Below, piece after piece: positions 1 through 12,041 of a stretch of 64,000 bases of DNA (the first letter of the stretch is position 1; each line of letters opens with the position of its first letter). The DNA is from Hemiscyllium ocellatum (taxonomy: Eukaryota). The notes under the pieces are model-generated. The model was not told where the DNA came from, made no database searches, and saw only the letters and a program-made list of their open reading frames with translations. The stretch lies in assembly GCF_020745735.1 (NCBI RefSeq), contig NC_083420.1, forward strand, positions 30,752,001 to 30,816,000, in the 5' to 3' direction. Made by a program: the position numbers and the translations under genes.

Positions 1-150
1 GTGCACTCTCCATTCATCCATTGCCATAGCCTCTGCTTGGTCTCACCAATGTACCATGCTTTGGGGCATCCTTGCCTGCAGCTTATCAGACAGACAATGT
101 TGACTGAGTCACATGTGCACCTGCTGCACACACGGTGGGTGGTGTCCCCA
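1..150 (-). mobile_element. Penelope-like element GIY-YIG endonuclease fragment (family B), runs off window edge
   Basis: Manual minus-strand translation CGDTTHRVCSRCTCDSVNIVCLISCRQGCPKAWYIGETKQRL shows the TCxS..V(Y/C)xIxC...YIGET GIY-YIG signature. Confidence 0.8.
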
Positions 151-179
151 CAGAAAGATTGGGATACAGACAGATTCTG

Positions 180-466
180 ATTGTCAACTTCTGTTATAAA
201 ATCTTAAGTTATCTCAAGAAGGTGACTTATAAGAAGTTCTGGGATTTATATATTAACAAACCAAAACCTGCATCCTAAAAGATGGAAGACTTAACAATCC
301 AGGTTTGTTCAATGTATCACTGTATGACACTAATCTTTCACAATAAATTCTGTCTCCTACGATCTTATACTCCACAACCACCTGATGAAGGAGCAGTGCT
401 CCGAAAGCTTGTGCTCCCAAATGAACCTATTGGACTATAACCTGGTGTTGTATGATTTCTAACTTT
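180..466 (+). mobile_element. PLE 3' end/pLTR (family B), inverted relative to the GIY-YIG fragment
   Basis: Ends in the HHR + ttggactataacctggtgttg tail also seen at 22.8 kb and 38.6 kb; left boundary approximate. Confidence 0.7.
378..413 (+). ncRNA. Minimal type I hammerhead ribozyme (PLE family B)
   Basis: cac-CTGATGA-a-ggagc/agt/gctcc-GAA-AGCT-t-gtg: intact core, 5-bp stem II, palindromic AGCT stem III, cac/gtg stem I. Confidence 0.75.
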
Positions 467-2691
467 ATGATGGAGTTAGTGGCATGAAGACTCTGGGATG
501 CCCTTCTGCCTCTCCTGCCGTGTAAAGTCAATGAGTAGATCATTGAGCTCAGTTGTATAGTTAGTGAGGTGGAGGCTAGTAGATTGTGCGAGGAACATTA
601 CTCTGAGCCATGCCATGAATCTCAGTCAACAAAACATTTGAACTGTGAATGGGAAAATTCTTCCATCGTGTCTGTTGTGTAATAGCAAAGAAGGAACATT
701 TGATAATTCAGTGATTAGCTACAAATAAATTAAATAATTTTAGTTTCTTTGTACTGTAAGACTGAAAACATTGCAAGTGACAAATATTCTGAAGACCTAA
801 ATAAATGTCAAATTTTCATTTAATTTACATGCAAAAATATTGGTCAAATAAATAGTTCTTGTAGACAGCTCAAAACCTGTAACGTATGCCTGACATTCCA
901 CAGCTTGGGTTGTAAATCTCTCAACAGCTCATAAAACACTGACATCTACAGAATAGAGGCAATAAATGTAACAAAGACAGATAAGATTCTGCACATGCTT
1001 GCATGCCACTAAATAAAGCTGCCAGAGTACAGGACCACTTGTAATTAGCTTTAACAAATAGGTTTTGCATTTGTTTTGATGCAAAATCAAATAATCTGCC
1101 ATTCTAGTACATTTTATGCATGAAAGTAAAGGTCTGAATAATTCATACGTCATGGATTGGATTAAAATTACAAGATTGGTTCATTTATCTTCTCCAAATT
1201 TACTTATTTGACCAACAACTTTGTTGGTCTACAGATATCCCTATTCTTTGATTTTTGAAGATTTGATGAGGGTGGTTTTGTGATAAGGGTTTGTTTTGTG
1301 ATATGATAAGCTTTTTTTGTTTTGCAAGTGTCCCAATTCAATTGGAAAGAACGGGTAAATAATTGAGGTCCCACTGTACTATAAGCCATCACAAATGTGT
1401 AACAAATCAATTCACCACCAAAATGATCAATATGCCTGAATGACTACCACATAGATCAAAAGTAATTCACACCAGATTTTATCATTAACAGGAAAATAAA
1501 TGTTTATTGTAAACAAACTTATTCATCAACAAATGGCAAAAAAAAATGGTTTGCTTTTTTAAATTTGCTCACAGGATGTGGATGTTGCTGTCTGGGCTAA
1601 TAGTTATTACCCATCCCAAGTTGCCCTATGGTGGGGAGCTGCCTTCTAGAATCACTGCAGTCCATGTGCTGTCAGAACAAATTACGGTGAATAATTACAG
1701 ATTTACTACTATGCATCTTCAGAGGCCATACCCCTTTTAGAACTCCAAACATAAGTATACCTGTTCACAAAAAAGACAGGAAATAAGATGTTTTGACACC
1801 ACTATAGATGGAAAAATATAGACATGGAAAGTTCTGCAGATCAAAGTTCAAACCACATGTGCAGGGAATTATTTCTTAGATTCTTTTGATGTCACCAACA
1901 TGATATTACCCACAGAGTGATGGTTAATATTTGATTCAATAGTTGCTTGGCTGGAACTAGGTGTTCTTGTATAATAGAATCTGTTCTTTTCAGAGTTTCT
2001 AATGCCTGCCCTTTTCCAGAAATTAGCTAAGTATTAATTTTAGTGAATATTTGGAGAGTTACTCTCTGTGAGACCAAGCAAGATTTCTCACACAATTTAA
2101 CAATACTCACCTCATCATCTAAGCACCATGCCTATGCCAATCTTATTTTTTAATTTCAAAAATATACTTTATTCATAAAATAATTTGATGGTCTGTACAG
2201 TTGGTCATGCCATACATATGTAAACATTTACATACAGAGATCAGAATTTATCATTTTTATACAGGTCTGTACATTTTTCAGTCATATGCCCATATATTTA
2301 GCTGAGGTGCCAGCAGAGCCCAAATGACTGCATGGGCCCCCTGTTCTTCTTTAGGCAGGCAGATGTTGCACGGTGGTCTTTCCCCACCGCGCCTTGGCGG
2401 CAGTTGCCCCAAGCTTCAGCGCGCCCCTCAACACATAGTCCTGGACGTTGGAATGTGCCAGTCTGCAACACTCAGTCGGGGTCAACTCCTTCAGCTGGAA
2501 GATCAACAGCTTTCGGACCACCCAGAAAGCGTCCTTCACCGAGTTGATGATCCTCCAGGCACAGTTGATGTTCGTCTCAGTGTGAGTCCTGGGGAACAGG
2601 CCGTACATCACGGCGCTGCTTGGGACGAACCTCAACAAACACCACTGCATTCCTCTCCAGACTTCCTCTGCATAGGCACATTCCAGAAGGA

Positions 2692-3698
2692 AATGTGTTG
2701 CTGGTCAAACACAGCAGGCCAGGCAGCATCTCAGGAATAGAGAATTCGACGTTTTGAGCATAAGTCCTTCATCAAGAATAAGAGAGAGAGAGAGCCAAGC
2801 AGGCTATGATAAAAGGTAGGGAGGAGGGACTAGGGGGAGGGGCGATGGAGGTGGGATAGGTGGAAGGAGGTCAAGGTGAGGGTGATTGAGAACGTGGCTG
2901 AAGAGTTTCTGTGCAGAGGAGATGACCTGGGGGGTGCAGTGAGAGAGGGACTCACTGAAATCCTTGTAGAGGGAGGAAGAGAGCTTCTTCAAGGAAGGCA
3001 TCCTTGTAAGAGGATTCGCAGTAGGTTAAAATCTTCGAGTAAAAAATGAGGTCTGCAGATGCTGGAGATCACAGCTGCAAATGTGTTGCTGGTCAAAGCA
3101 CAGCAGGCCAGGCAGCATCTCAGGAATAGAGAATTCGACGTTTCGAGCATAAGTCCTTCATCAGGAATAAGAGAGAGAGAGAGAGCCAAGCAGGCTAAGA
3201 TAAAAGGTAGGGAGGAGGGACTAGGGGGAGGGGGCGATGGAGGTGGGATAGGTGGAAGGAGGTCAAGGTGAGGGTGATTGAGAACGTGGCTGAAGAGTTT
3301 CTGTGCAGAGGAGATGACCTGGGGGGTGCAGTGAGAGAGAGACTCACTGAAATCCTTGTAGAGAAGCTCTCTTCCTCCCTCTACAAGGATTTCAGTGAGT
3401 CCCTCTCTCACTGCACCCCCCAGGTAATCTCCTCTGCACAGAAACTCTTCAGCCACGTTCTCAATCACCCTCACCTTGACCTCCTTCCACCTATCCCACC
3501 TCCATCGCCCCTCCCCCTAGTCCCTCCTCCCTACCTTTTATCTTAGCCTGCTTGGCTCTCTCTCTCTCTTATTCCTGATGAAGGGCTTATGCTCGAAACG
3601 TCGAATTCTCTATTCCTGAGATGCTGCCTGGCCTGCTGTGCTTTGACCAGCAACACATTTGCAGCTGTGATCTCCAGCATCTGCAGATCTCATTTTTT
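2692..3698. mobile_element. Non-autonomous PLE-derived HHR concatemer (retrozyme-like): ~1.7 tandem minus copies of a ~389-nt unit plus one inverted plus-strand partial copy
   Basis: TSD acattccagaagga at 2678-2691 and 3699-3712; HHR copies at 2744-2779(-), 3133-3168(-), 3571-3606(+); unit tail matches PLE 3' end 18368-18602. Confidence 0.85.
3571..3606 (+). ncRNA. Minimal type I hammerhead ribozyme (PLE family A)
   Basis: attc-CTGATGA-a-gggc/ttat/gctc-GAA-ACGT-C^gaat; GUC triplet, predicted cleavage after 3602. Confidence 0.8.
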
Positions 3699-4492
3699 AC
3701 ATTCCAGAAGGAGGTGTGTGACAGTTTCTTCCCCCCCGCAGCCGCTTCGAGGGCAGCGTGCGGTGCGGCTGAGAGTCCAGGCGTGCATAAAGGATCTCAC
3801 AGGCAGAGCCCTTCTCACCACCAGCCAAGCCTCTGCCAATCTTATTAGCACACCAAAAAAAACATTGGCATTGAACAAATGGAATCAGCAGAAACAATCA
3901 GAATCTGGGGAAAGCTTGATGTCCACACTCTATACTCCTACTGTCTGTCGGGAAGTGTCAATCTATTGGCCCACTCATGCTGCTGAGGCTGGAGATACAA
4001 ATGTAATATTGGTGCAAATGAATTGCATGGTTTGAAATTAGCTGATCTTTTTATATTATTATAAAATGTCCAAGTCAGCTTGGTATTTTGTATTCATCGC
4101 ATCCACTTTCTGATTGGTACTCACTGATCTGATCATGCCCTAAATCCCAAATGCATAGATTCTCCAGTCGTGTTACTATATGCTGTGGTTTCTCAACATT
4201 GAGACCATGTTTCAGTCAGTGTAACAAACAACTTTTCTCCTGGTCATGTAATAGCATTTAAAAAAAGCTTCAAAAACACTTTCCTTGTTGAGACTTCATG
4301 CATTTTATATTTTGTACAATTGAGTTTCTAGAATAGTTGCAGTAAAATGTGAAAGCTTCCTTGATAGCAGCTTTCTAAATAGACTGAAATGTGAGTGAGC
4401 AATGATCAAAATTAGGGAGACGTACTGATGTGATGTTTCCTTGCTTGTTGATTTTAAACTATGAGTATTTTAATGTGTTTGGGAGGGTACAT

Positions 4493-4578
4493 GAAGGGCT
4501 TATGCTCGAAACGTCGAATTCTCTATTCCTGAGATGCTGCCTAACCTGCTGTGCTTTGACCAGCAACACATTTGCAGC
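4493..4578 (+). mobile_element. Short PLE family A pLTR fragment with truncated HHR
   Basis: Near-identical to 3580-3665; 13-bp TSD tgggagggtacat at 4480-4492 and 4579-4591. Confidence 0.85.
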
Positions 4579-5651
4579 TGGGAGGGTACATTGGCATAGC
4601 TTGACATTGACAAAATTAACACAATACTTGCAGCATTTTGAATCAAACATCTATCGAAAGAGCAAGCGCCAAATCCACATTTTCAAGGTCATACAATTGT
4701 GGTCACTCTTCCATTTTTAAATGAATTGTGTTGATGGAAAGAAGTGAGTAATTGAATATGAAAAGTCTTCATTATGTTAATCCAACATATTCAACACCAA
4801 ATTTTGACAAAGTCTCACTTTCCCATTGTGGGGTATTCCATTACTTGAAATGGGTATAAAATAGACTCTGCCTGACCACTCAATTAATGTGAAGACTGAG
4901 ACTCATTTGCATGCTGAGAGCGAATAGTGGTTCAAAGTTGCAATGATGATAGAAAATTGGTCCGTCTTCACATCAAACCAGGCTGCACGCTGGGTCTCTT
5001 CAATGAACCAGAATCTTTAGAATGGAGGGATATCTTTTGACCCTCTTAGATGTGTTGAAGACAAAGTTGAATCCTTTCCTGGCCCTTTCTTGTGAACTCA
5101 AGCTGTTTCATTAAGTATGATTGGTATGCCCTCCTGGAATAACAGCTGCACGCACACAGCCCATCCATTTGCACCAATGAGTATTAATTAGATTTTGAAT
5201 CAACTCAGTCCTTTGAAGCCAAATTACAGTTGGAAGCAGTTTCCAACTGGGCTTCTTACCTGATTATAGGTTCTTTTGAAAATTGTATTTTGTGAAGCTT
5301 AAGCATCATAAGATGGCCAACGTGTCTATTCAACTTCCAAATGCTGGCTATTAATTATTCAAGCCAGAAATTGATCACAGCAGTTGGAAATCACAGCAAT
5401 AATGTCTGTAACAGTTAAACATTCTTGAACAAAAAAAACCCCTTTCTGACCTCCATATGCTGCAAAACACTCACTGCCAATCAGATACTTCAACAATGTT
5501 GTGACTATTGTAATCAGAAGAACGATAGTCCATGTTGAATGGTAAGATGTTAAGCTATCGTGGGCATTAAGGAAAAGATATTACAGCACTCTCTTAGGCA
5601 GGATTTTAAGATGGGATGTTCCTGAGGACGGGTCACTTGTTTCTTAAATAA

Positions 5652-5757
5652 AAGTACTGTGGATGCTTGAAATTTGAAATTAACCTTGAAAATTCTGGCA
5701 ACTCAGCATATGAAGAGAGATTATGTGCCAAGTCGGATGTGACTCTTGATTGAACTC
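5652..5757 (-). mobile_element. Old PLE-type pLTR fragment
   Basis: Resembles the 19981-20082 and 40.4-kb family; TSD tttcttaaataa at 5640-5651 and 5758-5769. Confidence 0.55.
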
Positions 5758-5778
5758 TTTCTTAAATAACAATCTGAT

Positions 5779-6592
5779 GACCACAAGTCCATCAGGAAGT
5801 GGTCAGCACGTAGTGTCCTTGAGACCCTTCAGGAAAAGGAGAGGGTGGATCCTATCAAGTGGTTCCTTGAGCAGAATGCCTCATCGCCAGAACTTTCCAA
5901 CAAGCACCAAGACATGGCTTGGCTGGTGGTGAGAAGGGCTCTGCCTGTGAGATCCTTTATGCACACCCAGATTCTCAGCCCCACCGCACGCTGCCCTCGA
6001 AGCTGCTGCGGAGGAGATGAGACTGTCACACACCTCCTTCTGGAATGTGCCTACGCAGAAGAAATCTGGAGAGGAATGCACTGGTGTTTGTCGAGATTTG
6101 TCCCGAGCAGCGCTATGATGAGGGACTCCGCGCTCTATGGCCTGTTCCCTGGGATGCACACCGAGACGAACATCAACTGTGCCCGGAAGATCATCAACTC
6201 AGTGAAGGATACTCTCTGGGGCGGTCCGAAACCTGTTGATCTTCCAGCTGAAGGAGTTGACCCCGACTGAGTGTTGCAAACTAGCACATTCCAAGGTCCA
6301 GGACTATGTGTTGAGGGACACGCTGAAGTTTGGGGCTACTGCCGCCAAGGCGCGGTGGGGAAAGACCACCGTGTAATATCTACCTGCCTAAAGAAGAACA
6401 GGGAGCCCATGCAGTCATTTGGGCTCTGCTGGCACCTCAGCTAAAAAATGTAATTGTACAGATCTGTAAATAGGAATGATTACTCTGTTTCGGTATGCAA
6501 AGAAATGGAATGTTTGCATATGTATAGCATGTCACTTGTATAGATCAAAGTATTTTATGAATAAAGTATATTTTTGAAATTAAAAAAAAATA
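5779..6592 (+). mobile_element. Tx1/L1-clade LINE 3' fragment (zf-RVT)
   Basis: ORF 5845-6270 with CPRSCCGGDETVTHLLLEC; aataaa and polyA at ~6560-6591; same family as 2148-3833. Confidence 0.85.
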
Positions 6593-6613
6593 AGATAGGA
6601 AGGACATTTCTGT

Positions 6614-6956
6614 GGGGTAGCACGGTGGCTCAGTGGTTAGCACTGCTGCCTCACAATGCCAGGGATCCGGTTCAATCCCAACTTAGGGTCACTCTCTGTG
6701 TGGAGTTTGCACATTCTCCCCATGTCCGTGTGAGTTTCCTCTGGAAGCTCTGGTTCCCTCCCGCAGTCCAAAGACATGCAGGTTAGGTGAATTGGCTGTG
6801 CTAAATTGCCTGTAGCATTCAGAGATGTGTAGGTTAGGTGCACTAGTCAAGGGTAAATATAGAGTAGGGAATTGGTCTGGATGGGTCACCCTTTGGAGGG
6901 TCAATATAGACTTGTTGGGTCGAATGGCCTGTTTCTACACTGCAGGGATTCTTGTT
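6614..6956 (+). mobile_element. HE1-type tRNA-derived V-SINE, full length
   Basis: A box tggctcagtgg (6626), B box ggttcaatccc (6669), V-domain gtggagtttgcacattctccc, CR1-like tail. Confidence 0.85.
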
Positions 6957-7244
6957 CTAATTTAATTTCAGAGTAAATCAGTAAAATTGACTAAAAGTGA
7001 TTGCCACTTCCCAATGACATCCCTAGAAGGAACTGTCGGCTGCAGTTGTGTGTCAGGGTCATGCAGATATCTCAACATAGCTGATTCTACAGGAATTACC
7101 TTGGAATTTGAAATTTTCATGTGGCAATTTACCCAGCATCTGGAACCTGTAAAGAAGACCACAACTCTGATTTGGGATTGATTATTTCAGAGGGGTCTAA
7201 TTCCATTTAGCTTAATAGTTACCAGGAAAGTTAAAGGATTAGTA

Positions 7245-9889
7245 GAACATAGAACATAGAACATAGAAGGATACAGCGCAGTACAGGCCCTTCGGCCCTC
7301 GATGTTGCGCCGACCGAATCCTACCTAACCTATACTAGCCCAATAACTTCCAAATGCCTATCCAATGCCCGCTTAAATGACCATAAAGAAGGAGAGTTCA
7401 CCACTGATACGGGCAGGGCATTCCATGAACTCACAACCCGCTGTGTGAAGAATCTACCCCTAACATCTGTCCTATACCTACCACCCCTTAATTTAAAGCT
7501 ATGTCCCCTAGTAACACCTGACTCCATTAGCGGTAAAAGGATCTTAGTATCTACCCTATCTAAACCCCTAATCATCTTATACACTTCTATCAGATCTCCC
7601 CTAAACCTTCTCTTCTCCAATGAGAACAGCCCCAAGTGCCTCAGCCTTTCCTCATAAGATTTTCCTACCATTCCAGGCAACATCCTGGTAAACCTCCTCT
7701 GCACTCGTTCTAAAGCTTCCACATCCTTCCTATAGTATGGCGACCAAAACTGCACACAATACTCCAGATGAGGCCTCACCAGAGTCTTATACAACTGCAA
7801 CATGACCTCAGGACTCCGGAACTCAATTCCTCTGCCAATAAAGCCCAGTACACCATATGCCTTCCTCACAGCACTATTTACCTGGGTGGCAACTTTCAGA
7901 GATCTGTGTACATGGACACCAAGATCCCTCTGCTCATCCACACTACCAAGTAGCCTACCATTAGCCCAGTAATCCATCATCTTGTTATTCCTACCAAAGT
8001 GAACGACTTCGCACTTAGCTACATTGAATTCCATTTGCCACATTTCCGCCCAGCTCTGCAACTTATCTATATCCCGCTGTAACCTACCACTTCCTTCCTC
8101 ACTATCCACAACTCCACCGACTTTTGTGTCATCCGCAAACTTGCTTACCCAGCTTTCAAGTCCTTCCTCTAGATCATTTATAAAGATAACAAAAAGCAAT
8201 GGTCCCAAAACAGATCCTTGTGGTACACCGCTAGTAACTGCGCTCCAAGATGAACATAATCCATCAACTACTACCCTCTGTCTCCTTCCAGCCAGCCAAT
8301 TCCTAATCCAAACCTCTAATGTATCCTCAATGCCATACCTCCGAAGTTTTAGCATTAGCCTACCATGGGGAACCTTATCGAACGCCTTACTAAAATCCAT
8401 ATACACAACATCTACTGCTTTACCCTCATCCACTTCCTTAGTCACCTTCTCAAAGAACTCAATAAGGTTTGTGAGGCACGACCTGCCCTTCACAAAACCA
8501 TGCTGGCTATCCCTGATCACGTTATTCCTACCCAGATGTTCATAAATCTTATCCCTTACCATTCTCTCTAAGACTTTGCCCACCACTGAAGTCAGACTCA
8601 CTGGCCTATAGTTACTAGGGCTATCCCTACTCCCTTTCTTGAACAATGGGACCACATTCGCTATCCTCCAGTCCTCTGGTACTATTCCCGTTGACAACGA
8701 CGACATAAAAATCCAGGCCAATGGCTCTGCTATCTCCTCCCTAGCTTCCCATAGGATCCTGGGGTAAATGCCATCAGGCCCAGGAGACTTATCTATATTC
8801 ATCCTTTCCAATATTCCCAAAACCTCTTCCCTGCATATTTCCAGGGCATCCATTCTAATTATTTGTGATTCCATATTCACATCAGCAACAGTGTCCTGTT
8901 CCTGAGTGAATACTGATGAAAAGTACTGATTTAATGTCTCTCCAATCTCCTCCGCCTCCACACACAACTTCCCACTACTATCCTTGACTGGACCGATACC
9001 TACCCTAGTCATCCTTTTATTCTTGACATACCTATAGAAAGCCTTTGGGTTTTCCCTAATCCTACCAGCTAAAGACTTTTCATGTCCCCTTCTCGCTTCT
9101 CTTAGCTCCCTCTTTAGCTCCTTCCTGGCTACCTTATAACTCTCAATCGCCCCTACTGAACCTTCACGCCTCATCTTTACATATGCCGCCTTCTTCCCTT
9201 TCACAAGGGACTCCAATTCCTTACTAAACCACGGCTGCCTCACAAGGCCCTTTACACCATGCCTGACTGGTACATACCTATCGAGGACACGCAGTAGCTG
9301 CTCCTTGAACAATCCCCACATCTCATTAGTGTTCTTCTCTTGAAGCCTGTTTTTCCAATCCACACATCCTAAGTCATGCCTCACAGCATCATAATTGCCC
9401 TGCCCCCAGCTATAGCTCTTGCCCTGCGGCGCACGATTATCCCTCTCCATCACTAAAGTAAAAGTCACCGAGTTGTGCTCACTGTCCCCGAAGTGCTCAC
9501 CTACCTCCAAGTCTAACACCTGGCCTGGTTCATTACCTAGAACCAAATCCAATATAGCCTCCCCTCTTGTTGGCCTGTCGACATATTGTGTCAGGAAACC
9601 ATCCTGCACACATTGTACAAACACCGACCCATCTAATGAACTCGAGCTATAGCTCTCCCAGTCAATATCTGGGAAGTTAAAGTCCCCCATAACAACCATC
9701 CTGCTACCTTCACTCTTTTCCTGAATCATCCTCGCAATATTATCCTCTACTTCTCTAGGACTATTAGGAGGCCTGTAGAAAACACCTAACAGGGTGACCT
9801 CACCTTTCCTATTTCTAACCTCAGCCCAAACTACCTCAGATGGCAAGTCCTCTTCCATCGTCCATTCCACTGCTGTGATACTGTCTTTG
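7245..9889 (-). mobile_element. Young CR1 LINE, 5'-truncated inside the APE domain, with uninterrupted ORF2 (APE part + RT)
   Basis: YRPP, GDFN, SEH, KSPGPDG, NYRPVSL, DFSKAFD, GVPQGSVLGP, FADD motifs; stop at 7330; (TTCTATG)n tail 7243-7268; candidate TSD tagta at 7240-7244 and 9890-9894. Confidence 0.95.
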
Positions 9890-11469
9890 TAGTACTTGTA
9901 AACTCCTGGGTAATTATCAAACTGAATTCTAGCTCCCCACTGGCGTGAAATTAGGTAATAAATGATGAGAGTAAGAAATATTAGAATGCTAAGTGGGGCA
10001 AATGGATGCAAATGAACCTCTTGCAACCTACTAGTGAGCCTCTCATTTTACTGGTCAAACTGTAGTTGAAGAATCGGTCTTTTTCCTCTCTCATTGAGAA
10101 TCTCATTTCTGGCAATCTTGCACTACTTTCCAAAATATTTTTCATCAGGGGCTGGAAAGAATTTGCTCTACAAGTCAGAGTCTAGTATATCTACGATTAT
10201 CCTGTAAATAGTATCTCGCATCTATTGCATTGTAAATAGTGTTGTTTAGAAATCTAAACCTGAAGATGGTTCACGACGTTGCCTTCTTGGTAGCATGGCT
10301 GTGAAGCTCATGGTGTTGCACCAAAGCATAAACTGAAAGAATGGCCATCTTCCTGATGTCTGTATAGTGAAACAGGATGCCATTGATGACTACCAGTCAC
10401 TTCACAATATAGCAGGAACACCAGTGACCCTGCTAGGACTCAGCTGCACTGTCGGGGAAACAGAGCCAATAAGATCTATAATCTGAGTCTGGTGTCAAGA
10501 AGGAAAATGGAGATGTGTCCTGGGCCACCGATGGACCTAGCATGACATTTTACAATCAGTTCATCAACCTGATACACCTATAACTTCAGTGGGTAGGTCT
10601 TGCTCCCTGAGATCCACCCATCTCCTTGATAATAATCAAGAACAAATGACGCCCAACAGTTAGATCCCTGAACTCCTTTCACCTTTGTAATATGCAAGGA
10701 GGATTGAAGGCCCTGAACATATGACTTCAAATCCTAATAGGATTCTCGATAGAAAGGATGCCAACTAAAGAACGTGAAAAGTAAGAATTCAGGAAACAAA
10801 GAATCTGACTCACAGTGCCAGAAACACAAGGCCGTGGTTTACTTGCTTTAATTATCTTTGTTGTCTTCCTCAGCTGTGAGAATCATAAATCATTTCAATA
10901 CTTGCATTTAACTTGATAAGCAAGAAATCAAGTACAAATTCAGGATTCACACTTGAGAATAACGAGTGGAATTATGTTAATAGATGTTTATTGGTTTCAG
11001 TGAGGATATCAGTGCCGCAGCACAAGCATCTTTGGAAATTATTGCAGTGTAACAAGTTCCATCATTACTTGCTGAAACTTTGTAAGGAATAATAGCACTT
11101 TTCACTGTACTAGTCGTGTGATACTCAGCCCAATCACCCTAAATTTTGTTTGAGCAATGAGATAGCAGAAAAAGTACCACTGTGCTTTTGGATATGGTAG
11201 GGTAGATTTTCAACATTTTCATCGAGGTATTGATGGCTGGATTTGCAGATTGGAAATTCTGAAGAGAAGGTTAGCTACTCATTATGGAATCAAGCTGAGT
11301 TTTCTATCACTGAAATATGCAATATCTCTGACCTGACAACAATTTCTGAAGTCCCCATGTATGCAACTAAACAGGAAAGTTGAGAGGTTGCTGTTTTTTT
11401 TCTGTGATTCTTGACATGTTTTACAACTGAAGCTGTGATATCAGGTCTGTGATTTACCATTTTAAAAAA

Positions 11470-12041
11470 AGAGTCACAGAGACGTACTGACCCTTTGGTC
11501 CAACTTGTCCATGCCAACCAGATATCCCAACCTAATCTAGTCCCATTTGCCAGCATTTGGCCCATGTCCCTCCAAACCCTTCCTATTCATATACCCATCC
11601 AGATGCCTTTTAAATGCTGCAATTGTACCAGCTTCCATCACGTCCTCTGGCAGCTCATTCATACACTCACCACCCTCTGCGTGAAAAAGTTGCCTCTTAG
11701 GTTCCTTTTAAACCTTTCCCCTTTCACCCTAAAGTTCTACCCTCTAGTTCTGGACTGCCCCACCCCAGGGCAAATACCTTGTCAATTTATCCTATCCATG
11801 CCTCTCATGATAGGTCACCCCTCAACCTCTGACACTCCAGGGAAAACAACCCCAGCCTATTCAGCATCTCCCTATAGCTCAAATCCTCCAACACTGGCAA
11901 CATCCTTGGAAGTCTTTTCTGAACTCTTCCAAGTTTCACAACATCCTTTCGATAGGAGGGAGACCAGAATTTCACACAATATTCCATAACTGCCCTAACT
12001 AATGTCCTGTACAGCTGTAACATGACCTCTCAACTCCTATA
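11470..12041 (-). mobile_element. CR1 3' fragment
   Basis: LQLYRTLVR..EYCVKFWSPSYRKD..RLGLFSLE..RLRGDL and CR1 3'UTR. Confidence 0.9.

Larger units (their letters stand above)
2148..3833 (-). mobile_element. Tx1/L1-clade LINE 3' fragment (zf-RVT C-terminus), split by a PLE-derived insertion
   Basis: AWLVVRRALPVR..CPRSGCGGEETVTHLLLEC, continuing WCLLRFVP..; AATAAA and A-rich tail near 2148-2172; 13-bp TSD tgccaatcttatt at 2135-2147 and 3834-3846. Confidence 0.85.

Noticed and set aside
2804-4035. Short ORFs across the palindrome as host genes
   Set aside because: Chimeric translations of PLE pLTR and Tx1 sequence.
9890-10026. N-terminal hydrophobic segment of the 898-aa ORF as a membrane-anchored domesticated RT
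   Set aside because: It lies outside the CR1 boundary/TSD, starts at TTG and is preceded by in-frame stops; a chance fusion with older flank.
10027-10296. In-frame stops here are all TAA/TAG, suggesting a TAR=Gln alternative genetic code
   Set aside because: Other blocks contain TGA stops and frameshifts; ordinary C>T decay of CAA/CAG/CGA codons explains it.
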